This document shows positions 38,121 through 47,782 of a stretch of 64,000 nt of DNA, in pieces; position 1 is the first letter of the stretch; every line of letters begins with the position of its first letter. The DNA lies in contig CANPVD010000094.1 in NCBI GenBank assembly GCA_947581615.1, positions 15,336-79,335 of the forward strand, written 5' to 3'. Made by a program: the position numbers and the translations under genes. This stretch comes from Candidatus Humimonas hydrogenitrophica. Its GTDB lineage: Bacteria; Gemmatimonadota; Gemmatimonadetes; Palauibacterales; Palauibacteraceae. A model generated the notes under the pieces. That model had not been told where the DNA came from. It did not search any database and saw only the letters and a list, made by a program, of their open reading frames with translations.

Positions 38121-39170
38121 ATGCTGGTCGTAATGAAGCACGGCGCGAGCCGGGAGGACATCGACCGGGTCGCCGACACGATACGAGAGATGGGCTACCA
38201 GGCGGAGCCGATCCCCGGACGCCAGCGCACGGCCGTGGGGCTGGTCGGAAACGACGGCCGGGTGGAGGACGGCCGTCTCCTGACGCTTCCGGGAGTGCTG
38301 CGGGTGATCCACGTCTCGCAGCCCTACAAGCAGGTGAGCCGGGAGTGGAAGCCCGACGACACCATCTTCGAGCTGGCGAACGGGGTGCGCGTAGGGGGCC
38401 GGGACGTCGTCCTCATCGCCGGCCCGTGTTCGGTGGAGTCCGAGGAGCAGATCCTGCGGACGGCGCGTCGCGTGCGTGCGGCCGGGGCCACGATCCTGCG
38501 AGGTGGCGCCTTCAAGCCGCGGACCTCGCCCTACTCCTTCCAGGGGCTCGGACGAGAGGGCCTGGAGCTCCTGGCCCTGGCGCGGCAGGAGACCGGCCTG
38601 GCCGTGGTCACCGAGGCCCTGGATGCCGAGGGTGTGGAGCTGGTGGCCGAGTACGGAGACATCATCCAGATCGGCGCGCGCAACATGCAGAACTACGCAC
38701 TTCTCCGGGAGGCGGGCCGGGCCGGCAAGCCCGTCCTTCTCAAGCGGGGCATGTCGGCCACCATCAAGGAGCTGCTCCTCGCCGCGGAGTACATCCTGCT
38801 CGAGGGGGAGTCCCGGGTGATCCTGTGCGAGCGCGGCGTCCGGAGCTTCGACCACCACGCCCGCAACCTTCTCGACCTGACCGCGATCCCCAGTGTCAAG
38901 GAGCTCTCCCACCTGCCGATCATCGCGGACCCGGCACACGGTACGGGACGCCGGGACAAGGTCCCGCCCATGGCCCGGGCCGCGGTGGCCGCCGGCGCCG
39001 ACGGAATCATGGTGGAGGTGCATCCGGACCCGGCCTCGGCCCTCTCCGATGGGGCCCAGTCGCTGACCCCGGACCAGTACGACGACCTGGTCGTCGAGGT
39101 CACGGCCATCGCACGCGCCCTCGGGCGGAGCATCGCCCGGCCGGCCGAGTCGGCGGTGGCCGAGGGCTGA
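38121..39170 (+). CDS. aroF: 3-deoxy-7-phosphoheptulonate synthase, type I-beta with an N-terminal ferredoxin-like regulatory domain
   Basis: 349 aa. 'IAGPCSVESEEQ', 'LRGGAFKPRTSPYSFQG', 'IGARNMQN', 'KRGMSATI' and 'DPAHGTGRR'. Confidence 0.9.
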   Translation: MLVVMKHGASREDIDRVADTIREMGYQAEPIPGRQRTAVGLVGNDGRVEDGRLLTLPGVLRVIHVSQPYKQVSREWKPDDTIFELANGVRVGGRDVVLIAGPCSVESEEQILRTARRVRAAGATILRGGAFKPRTSPYSFQGLGREGLELLALARQETGLAVVTEALDAEGVELVAEYGDIIQIGARNMQNYALLREAGRAGKPVLLKRGMSATIKELLLAAEYILLEGESRVILCERGVRSFDHHARNLLDLTAIPSVKELSHLPIIADPAHGTGRRDKVPPMARAAVAAGADGIMVEVHPDPASALSDGAQSLTPDQYDDLVVEVTAIARALGRSIARPAESAVAEG

Positions 39171-39178
39171 TCGCTCCC

Positions 39179-39559
39179 GTGGTCGATCCGGCCCGCCGGG
39201 CTCGTGAGCGGGCCGTCCGGGGCGAGGCCCTGGCGGTCGAGCACCTGCGGGCCGAGGGTCTCGAGATCCTCGCCCGGAACTGGCGTTCCGGGCGGTGCGA
39301 GATCGACGTGGTCGTTCGCGAGGGCCCGGTCGTGGCGTTCGTGGAGGTGAAGACGCGGGGCGAGGGCCCGCAGGCTCCGCTGGAGGCGGTCGACCGCCGC
39401 AAGCGCGCCCGCGTCCGTCGCGCGGCCGAAGCCTGGATTCACCGTCATCCGGGGATCGGAAGGGAGTTCCGGTTCGACGCCGTCGGCGTCCTTGTCGGCC
39501 CCGGCGGCCGCGTTCGTCTCGAGCACGTGCGCGATGCCTTCAGGGGAGAGGACGCGTGA
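39179..39559 (+). CDS. yraN: YraN-family (UPF0102) endonuclease-like protein
   Basis: Last ~126 aa of ORF 38345..39559. 'GEALAVEHLRAEGLEILARNWR', 'GEIDVV', 'VAFVEVKTR' and 'RFDAVGV' (the second seen as 'CEIDVVV'). The start codon is uncertain (GTG 39179 or CTG 39167). Confidence 0.75.
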   Translation: MVDPARRARERAVRGEALAVEHLRAEGLEILARNWRSGRCEIDVVVREGPVVAFVEVKTRGEGPQAPLEAVDRRKRARVRRAAEAWIHRHPGIGREFRFDAVGVLVGPGGRVRLEHVRDAFRGEDA

Positions 39560-39684
39560 GCCGAGGCACGGCTCGCGGGATCCGCCAGAGGGCCCGTACT
39601 GACCGGCCTCCCGCGAGGGCCGAACGGCCGGACCGCCCCGTCGGAGCGCTTGCAGGGCCCGCGTCCGATCCGTACCATGAAGGG

Positions 39685-39782
39685 CGCCCCAGGCCCGTGG
39701 GACTCCGAACGCGTGAACCCCGTCAGGACCGTGAAGGTAGCAGCGGTAAGCGTGCGAAGGTCGCTACGGTGAGCCTGGGGCG
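39685..39782 (+). ncRNA. ffs: signal recognition particle RNA (small/4.5S type)
   Basis: The terminal 10-bp helix CGCCCCAGGC/GCCTGGGGCG encloses 'CCCGUCAGGACCGUGAAGGUAGCAGCGGUAAG'. This closely resembles the conserved domain IV 'GUCAGGUCCGGAAGGAAGCAGC' of 4.5S RNA. It lies immediately upstream of dnaX, a classic position. The ends are approximate. Confidence 0.65.
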
Positions 39783-39832
39783 TTCTTGCATCCCGCCGGT
39801 CCAGACCCTCGCCTCGATGAACGGCTAGAATC

Positions 39833-41566
39833 GTGTCGCGCGCCGCCCTCGCCCGAACGCACCGTCCCCGACGCTTCGAGGAGCTCGTCGGCCAGGACGC
39901 CGTCGCGCGCACGCTGCGCGCCGCGGTCCAGGGCGGTCGCGTCGGGCATGCCTACCTGTTCTGCGGTCCCCGCGGTGTCGGCAAGACCACGGCCGCCCGC
40001 ATCCTCGCCATGGCCCTCAACTGCCCGAACCGGGAGGGCGGCGAACCGTGCGGGACGTGCGAATCGTGCGAGCGCATCTGGTCGGGTCGAACGTCGCTCG
40101 ACGTCGTGGAGATCGACGCCGCCAGCCACCGGGGCGTGGATGACGCGCGCGAGCTGCGGGAGAGAGCCATGTACGCTCCCTCCGACGAAGAGCGCTACAA
40201 GGTGTACATCGTGGACGAGGCGCACATGCTCACCCGGGAGGCGTGGAACGCCCTCCTCAAGATCCTGGAGGAGCCGCCGTCCCGGGTCATCTTCGCCTTC
40301 GCGACCACCGAGCCCCAGCGCATCCAGCAGACCGCGGCGCCCGTGCTGTCCCGCTGCCAGCGTTTCGACTTCCGGCGCGTTTCCGTCCGGGACATCCTCG
40401 GACGGCTGGAGATCGTGCTCGAGCGCGAGGGCGTGGACGCCGAGGAGGGGTCCCTGCTCCCCATCGCCCGGCGGGCCGAAGGAGGAGTGCGGGACGCGCT
40501 CTCCCTGCTGGACCAGGTGCTATCCTTCTCGGACGATCGGATCGGGGCCGCGGACGTCCGCCGCATGTTGGGCCTGGTGGACGAGGACCGCTACCTGGCC
40601 TACTTCGAGCTGGCCGCGGACGGCGATCGTTCCGGCGTGCTCCCCTTCGTGCAGGAGCTGCTGGACGCGGGCTACGACCCCGTTGAATTCGTGCGTGGGC
40701 TGGCGGAAGGCCTGCGCATTCTCCTGGCCCTGAGCATGGACCCCGCCGCCGACGTGGAGGTCTCGCCGGACTCCAGGCCTCGCTTCGTGGCCATGGCCGA
40801 ACGTTTCGAGGAAGTGGACCTCCTGCGGCTCCTGATGGCGGTGTCGGATTTCGAGACGTCGGGCCGCTTCCGGCGCAGCGCCCAGCAGCGGATCCAGCTC
40901 GAGGTGCTGTTGCTCCGGCTCGTGTCAATGGACTCCGCGGTGGAGCTCGAGGATCTGCTGCGGGCCGCGGGCGGAGAGATCTCGCCCGCCGGACGCCGCC
41001 CCGGACGTCCGCAGGGCTCATCCCACCCCACCGCCACGGGCCGAACGAGGCCGCCGCGTTCGTCGGCTGCGGACGCGGGTGCGGATGCGGACGAGTCGAG
41101 CGCAGGATCGGGCGTCCCGCCATCTGCGGCCGGGCAGGCGGAGGAGTCGCCCGGACGCCGCCCGGACGAGCGTCCGGTGGGCGGCGCCGGGGGAACGGTC
41201 GGGCTGCAGGAGGCGTGGCGAACGGCCCTGGCCGGAGCCACCAACCTGTCCGGCATCGGCCTGGCGCTGCGGGGCACGCGCCTTCGGGAGACGGATCGGG
41301 GGGCCTTCCTGGTGGAGGCGCCCGCGGGCCTGGCCGACGACCTGGACGCCTATCTGGCCGACGACCGCTCTCGGCCCGTGCGGACGGCGCTGGCGAAGGC
41401 GCTGGGCCGCCCCGAGACCGACGTCGAGCTCCGGGTGCGTGAAGCCGGTCCCCCTCGCCGAATGACGGCGGAAGCGGCGCGTAGGCAGCGGCTGGAGGAC
41501 ATGGCTGGCATGGACCCAAGCCTCCGGGAAGCGGTAGAAGAACTCGACCTGTCGATCAAGGAGTGA
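39833..41566 (+). CDS. dnaX: DNA polymerase III subunit gamma/tau
   Basis: 577 aa. 'HAYLFCGPRGVGKTT', zinc module 'CGTCESC' and 'YIVDEAHML'. It has a Pro/Ala/Gly-rich tau linker. Confidence 0.95.
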   Translation: MSRAALARTHRPRRFEELVGQDAVARTLRAAVQGGRVGHAYLFCGPRGVGKTTAARILAMALNCPNREGGEPCGTCESCERIWSGRTSLDVVEIDAASHRGVDDARELRERAMYAPSDEERYKVYIVDEAHMLTREAWNALLKILEEPPSRVIFAFATTEPQRIQQTAAPVLSRCQRFDFRRVSVRDILGRLEIVLEREGVDAEEGSLLPIARRAEGGVRDALSLLDQVLSFSDDRIGAADVRRMLGLVDEDRYLAYFELAADGDRSGVLPFVQELLDAGYDPVEFVRGLAEGLRILLALSMDPAADVEVSPDSRPRFVAMAERFEEVDLLRLLMAVSDFETSGRFRRSAQQRIQLEVLLLRLVSMDSAVELEDLLRAAGGEISPAGRRPGRPQGSSHPTATGRTRPPRSSAADAGADADESSAGSGVPPSAAGQAEESPGRRPDERPVGGAGGTVGLQEAWRTALAGATNLSGIGLALRGTRLRETDRGAFLVEAPAGLADDLDAYLADDRSRPVRTALAKALGRPETDVELRVREAGPPRRMTAEAARRQRLEDMAGMDPSLREAVEELDLSIKE

Positions 41567-41573
41567 CACCGCC

Positions 41574-41909
41574 GTGGATTCTATGAAGAACCTCCAGCAG
41601 CTCTTCCAGATGGGCCAGCAGATGCAGTCGCGCATGAACGACCTGCAGAAGCGGTTGGCCAGCGAAACCGTGACCTCGCGGAGCGGGGGCGGGATGGTGG
41701 AGGTGACCGTCGATGGAACGGGGGAAGTCAAGCGCGTCAAGCTCGACCCCTCGGTCGTCGATCCGGGGGACGTCGAGATGCTGGAGGACCTGGTGCTGGC
41801 CGCCGTGACCGAGGCGCAGCGCCGGGCGAAGGAGAAGCTCGAGGAGGAGATGCGGGAGGCCACGGGCGGACTTCCGATGCCGGGCCTCTCCCAACTCCTG
41901 GGCGGTTGA
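41574..41909 (+). CDS. ybaB: YbaB/EbfC nucleoid-associated protein
   Basis: 111 aa. 'MQSRMNDLQKRL' and 'GGGMVEVTVDGTGEVKRVKLDPSVVDP'. The start could be 41574 (GTG) or 41583 (ATG). Confidence 0.9.
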   Translation: MDSMKNLQQLFQMGQQMQSRMNDLQKRLASETVTSRSGGGMVEVTVDGTGEVKRVKLDPSVVDPGDVEMLEDLVLAAVTEAQRRAKEKLEEEMREATGGLPMPGLSQLLGG

Positions 41910-41943
41910 CGGCTCGGAGCCCTCTCCCGCCGCGGAGGCGACC

Positions 41944-42531
41944 GTGTCCGCGATCGAGGACCTGATCACGGAGCTGGGCCGGCTTCCGGGCGTCGGTCGC
42001 AAAACGGCGCAGCGGCTGGCCTACCACCTCCTGAAGACGCCACCGGGGGAGGCACGGCAGCTGTCCCGTGCCATCGATCGGGTGGTGGACGAGGTGCACG
42101 CGTGCTCGACGTGCGGCAACCTGAGCGACTCCGATCCATGTGAGTTCTGCTCCGACGCCCGACGCGACGGCGCGGTGTTGTGCGTGGTCGAGGAGGCCTC
42201 GGACATCACGGCCGTGGAGAAGTCGGGTCACTTCGACGGCGTGTACCACGTCCTGGGCGGACGGCTTTCGCCTCTGGACGGCATGGGGCCGGACGACCTC
42301 AACATCACCGCTCTCCTGACGCGGCTTCGTGGGGGAGTGCGGGAGGTGATCCTGGCCACCAACCCGAGCGTGGAGGGCGAGGCGACGGCGACCTACCTCC
42401 ACCGCCTCCTCCGGGACCTGGAAGGCGTGCGGATCACGCGTCTGGCCCGGGGGCTGCCGGTCGGCGGAGACCTCGAGTACGCCGACGGCGTCACCATCGC
42501 GGAAGCGTTCACGGGCCGCAGAGACATGTAA
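41944..42531 (+). CDS. recR: recombination protein RecR
   Basis: 195 aa. 'LPGVGRKTAQRLAYHLL', Zn finger 'CSTCGNLSDSDPCEFC' and a Toprim region 'LCVVEE..D'. Confidence 0.95.
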   Translation: MSAIEDLITELGRLPGVGRKTAQRLAYHLLKTPPGEARQLSRAIDRVVDEVHACSTCGNLSDSDPCEFCSDARRDGAVLCVVEEASDITAVEKSGHFDGVYHVLGGRLSPLDGMGPDDLNITALLTRLRGGVREVILATNPSVEGEATATYLHRLLRDLEGVRITRLARGLPVGGDLEYADGVTIAEAFTGRRDM

Positions 42532-42545
42532 CGCGGGAGCACCGG

Positions 42546-42890
42546 ATGCCGACCTGGATCTCGTTGGATGACTCGGAGGACCGTGCGTGGCGTATCCTCA
42601 AGGTCGCGGGGCTCGCGCTTCTGGGCGCCGGGGCCGTGACCGCGCTGGGCGCCTGGCTGGCGCGTGACCAGATGGTCCGTCACCGGAAGGACCTGTTCAG
42701 TCCGCACCCGCTCCGCCGCCTGGCCGCGCTGGGATATCTTAGGTCGCACCCGGATGTAGACAACGTCCTCCTGCTGAGAGATTTTCTCGCCTGGGAGGAG
42801 CGCCCCCTGTTGCGCCGTAAGGCATCGGGCATCCTCGAGGCGATGGAAGACGACCTGGCGGCGGCCGCGGAGTCGGCCGGGGGCGCCTGA
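42546..42890 (+). CDS. hypothetical membrane-anchored protein with a HEAT-like repeat
   Basis: Last 114 aa of ORF 42180..42890. TM segment 'VAGLALLGAGAVTALGAWL', then 'LRRLAALGYLRSHPDVDNVLLLRDFL'. The function is unknown. Confidence 0.5.
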   Translation: MPTWISLDDSEDRAWRILKVAGLALLGAGAVTALGAWLARDQMVRHRKDLFSPHPLRRLAALGYLRSHPDVDNVLLLRDFLAWEERPLLRRKASGILEAMEDDLAAAAESAGGA

Positions 42891-42996
42891 GCGCGTGCGG
42901 GCCCGTCCGGCCCCGTGGTTGCGGGGAAGGAGGGGTCGGGCCGACGCCGCGCGGGCGGCGTCGTGGAGGCCTCGACACCCTGGACGCGGGTGAGTC

Positions 42997-43620
42997 GTGA
43001 TCTGGAACCTGCCCAACGCCATCACCACCTTGCGGGTGCTGCTCGCGCCGCTCCTGGCGTTTCTGCTCCTGGAGCCCGGCGCCACGGCGCGAGCCCTGGG
43101 TTTCGGCGTGTTCCTGGTGGCGGCGATTTCCGACCTGTGGGACGGCTACCTGGCGCGGCGCCGTCACGAGATCACCGACTACGGTCGGCTGGTCGACCCG
43201 GTGGCCGACAAACTGCTCCTCGCGGCCGCGCTGGTGCCGCTGTACCTCCTCACGCGGCGGTCGGCCGATCTTGCCGGCATCCCCGTGTACGACACGGTCC
43301 CCCTGTGGGCGGTGCTGGTGCTCCTGGGACGCGAGCTCCTCATTACGGTGCTGCGCTCCGTCGCCGCGCGCCGCGGGCGTGTGGTCGCCGCCATGCGATC
43401 CGGCAAGTACAAAGCGTTCGTGCAGAACCTCTTCCTCGGAGGCGCCATGCTCTGGGTCATCGCCCGCACGGCCGGGGCGGATCCCGGCGGTGCTGGAATG
43501 GACCTCCTGGGCTGGGCCACGGCCGTGACTCTGTCGGGTGCGATACTCCTCACCGTGGGCTCGCTCGTGGAGTACCTCGCCGCCTTCGCACGGGTGCTCG
43601 AGAGGCGTCGCGCGTCGTGA
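42997..43620 (+). CDS. pgsA: CDP-diacylglycerol--glycerol-3-phosphate 3-phosphatidyltransferase
   Basis: 207 aa. CDP-alcohol phosphotransferase motif 'SDLWDGYLARR...G..VDPVADKLL'. Confidence 0.9.
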   Translation: MIWNLPNAITTLRVLLAPLLAFLLLEPGATARALGFGVFLVAAISDLWDGYLARRRHEITDYGRLVDPVADKLLLAAALVPLYLLTRRSADLAGIPVYDTVPLWAVLVLLGRELLITVLRSVAARRGRVVAAMRSGKYKAFVQNLFLGGAMLWVIARTAGADPGGAGMDLLGWATAVTLSGAILLTVGSLVEYLAAFARVLERRRAS

Positions 43621-44882
43621 CCGAACCGGCGGCGGGACGGGGCCGGACCGGCCGCGTCCTCGTGCTGGTGGTGGGCGACGAGATCGTGGATGGCTCCGTG
43701 CGAGACCGGAACGGCGCCCGGGTCGCGGCGGCGGTCAGCGCACGCGGGGGGTCGATCGTGCGCATCGAGTCGGTGGGGGATGACCTCGACTCGATCGCGC
43801 GCGCCGTACGTGACGGCGTGAAGCTGGGTGCCGTGATCGTGACCGGAGGGCTGGGACCCACCCGGGACGACGTGACTCGGGAGGGGGTCGCGGCGGCGCT
43901 CGGTCTCCCGCTGGTCGTGGACGACGGGTGGACGGAGCGAGCGGCCGCCCGACATCCGATCGTCCGTCGGCTCCCGGGGATGGAGCGACAGTCACGCATC
44001 CCGGAGGGCGCCCGCGCGGTGGACAATCCCGCCGGCACGGCCCTCGGTTTCCTGGCCGAGACCCGGGAGGGGGGATGGGTGCTCGTGCTTCCCGGCGTGC
44101 CTTCGGAGATCTCCGCGATGCTGAGAGGCGAGGCGGGGAGCATCCTGGACGATCGCCTGCCCGGCTGCGTGGGGCCGGTCGTTCGCGCGGCGATCGCGGG
44201 AGTGCCCGAGTCGGTGGTGGCGGCGCGTGTCGATGAGGTGGCGGAATTGCGGGGTCTTCGCCTGGCCAGTTACCCGCATCGCGGCACCGTCGACCTGCTC
44301 GTACGTCCCTCCCCCGGCCAGGAGGGGGACGCGGCGACCCTGGCCCTCGAGGCGGCGGTCCGGGGCCTGCGGCGACGCTTCGGAGTGGACCTGTACGAGG
44401 TGGGTGATCGCCGGTTGCCGGAGACCGTCGTGGACGAGCTTCGCTCCCGGGACATGACGCTCGCCGTGGCCGAGAGCTGCACGGGTGGAGGGCTGGGCGC
44501 GACGGTGACCTCGGTGCCGGGCTCGTCCGACGTGTTCTGGGGAGGCGCGATCGTCTACGCGAACGCGGCCAAGCAGCGGCTTCTCGGCGTGCCCGGGCCA
44601 CTGTTGGAGCGCGAGGGCGCCGTGTCGGAGGCCGTGGCCCTCGCCATGGCCCACGGGATGCGGGAGCGTGCGGAGACCAGCTGGGGCGTGTCCGTCACCG
44701 GCGTCGCCGGACCGTCCGGCGGCACGCCGGAGAAACCGGTGGGCACGGTGTGGATGGCCGCCGTCGGCGAGCGGGAGGCCGTGCGGCGGTATCGTTTGCC
44801 GGGTGACAGGGCGGAGGTGCGGGACCGGAGCGTCACGGCGGCCCTCGATCTCCTCCGCAGGATCGTGATCCACTCGGAGTGA
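43617..44882 (+). CDS. cinA: CinA family protein (MoCF-binding domain plus nicotinamide-nucleotide amidase PncC domain)
   Basis: In-frame 421 aa of ORF 42915..44882. GTG at 43617 overlaps the pgsA stop (GTGA). 'VTGGLGPTRDDVT', 'LPGVPSE' and 'AVAESCTGGGL'. Confidence 0.9.
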   Translation: MTEPAAGRGRTGRVLVLVVGDEIVDGSVRDRNGARVAAAVSARGGSIVRIESVGDDLDSIARAVRDGVKLGAVIVTGGLGPTRDDVTREGVAAALGLPLVVDDGWTERAAARHPIVRRLPGMERQSRIPEGARAVDNPAGTALGFLAETREGGWVLVLPGVPSEISAMLRGEAGSILDDRLPGCVGPVVRAAIAGVPESVVAARVDEVAELRGLRLASYPHRGTVDLLVRPSPGQEGDAATLALEAAVRGLRRRFGVDLYEVGDRRLPETVVDELRSRDMTLAVAESCTGGGLGATVTSVPGSSDVFWGGAIVYANAAKQRLLGVPGPLLEREGAVSEAVALAMAHGMRERAETSWGVSVTGVAGPSGGTPEKPVGTVWMAAVGEREAVRRYRLPGDRAEVRDRSVTAALDLLRRIVIHSE

Positions 44883-44912
44883 GCCGAAGACTCAACAGGA
44901 GCCGGGTCCGAC

Positions 44913-45578
44913 GTGAATAGACGAGACAGGGAGAAACTGGATCGGGAGGACGTCGAGCGGCGGGATGCCGACGGGGAGGAGCGTGCCCGAGCGCCCGAGG
45001 GGCCCGACGCCACCGACGGCTCCACGGCCGCCTCGGGGACGGACGCGGGCGCGGACGACAGTCAGCGCCTGTCGGACGAGATCCGAGAGGAGCTCGCCGA
45101 GCTCGAGGCGCTGCGGGAGCGCCACCTGCGGCTTGCCGCCGAATACGACAACTATCGCAAGCGCACGCGCCGGGAGCTCGGCGAGGCTTCCGAGCGGGCG
45201 CAGGGCGAGCTCATGGTCCGCCTCCTCGATGGCCTGGACGACCTGGAGCGAGTGCTGGCCACACCGGCGGAGGCGACCACCGTCGAGGCCTTGCACGAAG
45301 GCGTCGAGCTCGTGGAGCGGAAGCTCAGGAAGGAGCTCTCCGACGCCGGCCTCGAGCGCATCGAGGCCGAGGGCGAGCCGTTCGATCCGCGCATGCACGA
45401 CGCTCTCCTCACGGTCCCCGTCGGGGACCCGGACCGCGACGAGGTCGTCTCGCGAGTGCTGGTGAACGGATACCGGCTCGGCGAACGGGTGCTGCGGCCC
45501 GCCCGCGTGGAGGTCATGAAGTACCAGCCCGGAGCGGGGGACGCCGCGAGGGACGGAGCCGGCGACGGAGTGGCTTGA
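44913..45578 (+). CDS. grpE: nucleotide exchange factor GrpE
   Basis: 221 aa. '[16 protein letters not shown]', 'FDPRMHDAL' and '[14 protein letters not shown]'. Confidence 0.9.
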   Translation: MNRRDREKLDREDVERRDADGEERARAPEGPDATDGSTAASGTDAGADDSQRLSDEIREELAELEALRERHLRLAAEYDNYRKRTRRELGEASERAQGELMVRLLDGLDDLERVLATPAEATTVEALHEGVELVERKLRKELSDAGLERIEAEGEPFDPRMHDALLTVPVGDPDRDEVVSRVLVNGYRLGERVLRPARVEVMKYQPGAGDAARDGAGDGVA

Positions 45579-46690
45579 TGGCCACGCGCACCAAGGACTA
45601 CTACGACGTCCTGGGGGTCCCGGAGAGCGCGACGGCCGACGACATCAAGAAGGCCTACCGGAAGCTGGCCAAGAAGCACCACCCGGATGCGAATCCCGAT
45701 GACCCGGGAGCCGCGGAGCGCTTCAAGGAGATCAGCGAAGCGTACCGGGTCCTGTCGGACGCGGACCAGCGAAAGCGGTACGACGAGCTCCGGCGTTATG
45801 GGGGTGCCGGTCCCTTCACCGGACGGCGCCCGGGCGCGAGGCCCGGCCCGGCCGGCGGCGTGCGGTTCGAGGACCTCGGCGAGTCCGGGTTCGGCGGCAT
45901 CGGCGACTTCTTCAGCTCCATCTTCGACTTCGGCAGGAGGGCGACGGGTGGCCACGAGCGGCAGGCTCGTCGAGGCCGGAACGTCGAGCTGGACGTCGAC
46001 ATCCCGCTTCGCGTGGCGGCCCGCGGGGGGAAGATCCGGGTCACCGTGCCGGTGCGGGAGGAGTGTGCGGCGTGCGATGGCACGGGCGTGGCTCCGGGCG
46101 CCAGCCTGGAGAAGTGCACGCGGTGTGGGGGGCGGGGGACGATCGCCTACGAGCAGGGCGGTTTCGCGGTCAACCGACCCTGCCCGGAGTGCATGGGTCG
46201 CGGAGAGATCCCCACGCAGGCGTGCAGCGTGTGCGGTGGTCAGGGGGAAGTTCGCAGCGCGCGCAAGCTGAACGTCCGCATTCCGGCCGGAGTGGAAGAC
46301 GAGGCCCGCATCCGGGTGCCGAGTCAGGGGGAGCGCGGGCCGGGCGGCGGCCCCCAGGGCGACCTCATCATCCGCGTCCACGTGGGGAGAGACGCCTTCT
46401 TCAGCCGCGAGGGGCACGACCTGGTGTGCGAGGTTCCGATCAACCTGGCCCAGGCCCTGCTCGGGTCCCGGGTCCGCGTCCGGACGGTGGACAACAAGAA
46501 GGTCGTTCTCCGTATTCCGCCCGGGACCCAGAGCGGCACCGTGTTCCGGATCCGGGGCCAGGGAATCGGAGCGGAGGGAGAACGGGGCGATCAGCTCGTG
46601 CGCGTCCAGATCCGGGTGCCCGAGGACATGAGCGATCGGGGGCTGGAGCTGGCCCGCGAGCTGGCCGACGAGGAAGGGCTCCCGTATTGA
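45578..46690 (+). CDS. dnaJ: molecular chaperone DnaJ
   Basis: J-domain 'DYYDVLGV...[14 protein letters not shown]'. Four CxxCxGxG zinc motifs ([32 protein letters not shown]). The ATG overlaps the grpE stop (TGATG). Confidence 0.9.
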   Translation: MATRTKDYYDVLGVPESATADDIKKAYRKLAKKHHPDANPDDPGAAERFKEISEAYRVLSDADQRKRYDELRRYGGAGPFTGRRPGARPGPAGGVRFEDLGESGFGGIGDFFSSIFDFGRRATGGHERQARRGRNVELDVDIPLRVAARGGKIRVTVPVREECAACDGTGVAPGASLEKCTRCGGRGTIAYEQGGFAVNRPCPECMGRGEIPTQACSVCGGQGEVRSARKLNVRIPAGVEDEARIRVPSQGERGPGGGPQGDLIIRVHVGRDAFFSREGHDLVCEVPINLAQALLGSRVRVRTVDNKKVVLRIPPGTQSGTVFRIRGQGIGAEGERGDQLVRVQIRVPEDMSDRGLELARELADEEGLPY

Positions 46691-46699
46691 GGCGGGGCC

Positions 46700-47782
46700 T
46701 CAGCGGACGATGACGCCTCCGCCAACGACGACTTCGTCCCGGTACAGCACGGCGCTCTGACCCGGGGTCACGGCCCGCCGCGGCGCCAGGAGCTCGAGCT
46801 CGAATCGGTCTCCGTCCATGGCGGTGACGACCGCCTCGACGACGGGCGCCCCGTGCCGGATGCGCACCCCGATCTCCTCGCCGGGGAGCGGCGGCTCGGC
46901 CAGCCAGTTGGCGCGTTCGGCTCGCAGGACCGAGGTCCGGAGCGCCTCTCGGGGGCCGATCACCACCTGGCGAGCCTCGGGCCGGATCTCGGCTACGTAC
47001 ATGGGCTCCGGGAAGCCCCCCGGAAGCCCCCGGCGCTGTCCGACCGTGAAGCCGGCGTAGCCCTCGTGGGAGCCCACCACCCTCCCGTCGTGGAGCACGA
47101 CGTCGCCCCGCGACAGGGCCGGGTGGCCGGGCCCCAGGTACCGTCGCAGCACGCCCCGGTAGTCATTATCGGGCACGAAGCAGATCTCGAACGACTCGGG
47201 CTTGTCCGCCGTCGAGAGCTCCAGCTCGCGCGCGATGGCCCGGACCCGGGACTTGTGAAGCTCTCCGATCGGCAGGAGCAGGCGGTCCAGGGCCGCGCGG
47301 TCGAGGCCCCACAGGAAGTAGGTCTGGTCCTTTCGGTCGTCTTCGGCGCGGCAGAGGAGCGTCGGCTGGCCCGGCGATCGCCGGATGCGGGCGTAGTGAC
47401 CGGTGGCCATGTGCTCGCATCCCAGGGCGTCGGCCCGCCCGAGGAGATCCCGGAACTTCGTGAAGCTGTTGCAGCGCACGCAGGGAATCGGCGTGCGGCC
47501 CGCGGCGTACTCGCTGACGAAATCGTCGATCACGTCCTCGGCAAAGTTCGCCTCGGCGTCGAACACGAAGTGCGGAATGCCGAGTCGCCCCGCCACCGCC
47601 TTGGCGTCGCCGATGCCCTCGAGCCCGCAGCACGTGTTGGAGGGGCCGTCGACCTCGCCGTAGCAGAAGGTCTTGATGGTGGCGCCCACCACCTGGTGTC
47701 CGGCCCGGTGGAGGAGGGCCGCCGTCACGCTGGAGTCCACGCCGCCCGACATGGCGGCCAGGACACGTCCTGGCGAGCTCAC
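46700..47782 (-). CDS. mnmA: tRNA 2-thiouridine(34) synthase
   Basis: In-frame 360 aa of ORF 46700..48262. PP-loop 'AMSGGVDSSV', plus 'RTPIPCVRCN' and 'DQTYFLW'. GTG at 47782 overlaps the upstream stop (GTGA). Confidence 0.9.
   Translation of the reverse strand: MSSPGRVLAAMSGGVDSSVTAALLHRAGHQVVGATIKTFCYGEVDGPSNTCCGLEGIGDAKAVAGRLGIPHFVFDAEANFAEDVIDDFVSEYAAGRTPIPCVRCNSFTKFRDLLGRADALGCEHMATGHYARIRRSPGQPTLLCRAEDDRKDQTYFLWGLDRAALDRLLLPIGELHKSRVRAIARELELSTADKPESFEICFVPDNDYRGVLRRYLGPGHPALSRGDVVLHDGRVVGSHEGYAGFTVGQRRGLPGGFPEPMYVAEIRPEARQVVIGPREALRTSVLRAERANWLAEPPLPGEEIGVRIRHGAPVVEAVVTAMDGDRFELELLAPRRAVTPGQSAVLYRDEVVVGGGVIVR

Noticed and set aside
39560-39684. An Alu-type 5' domain that would make the SRP RNA a long (Bacillus-type) form.
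   Set aside because: I could not find convincing pairing between this segment and the 3' flank (39783-39832), nor the conserved Alu loop motifs. I left it as unexplained spacer pending a covariance-model search.
39833-41566. A programmed frameshift or slippage site in dnaX that would produce a gamma subunit.
   Set aside because: No A-rich slippery heptamer or long A-run is visible anywhere in the gene.
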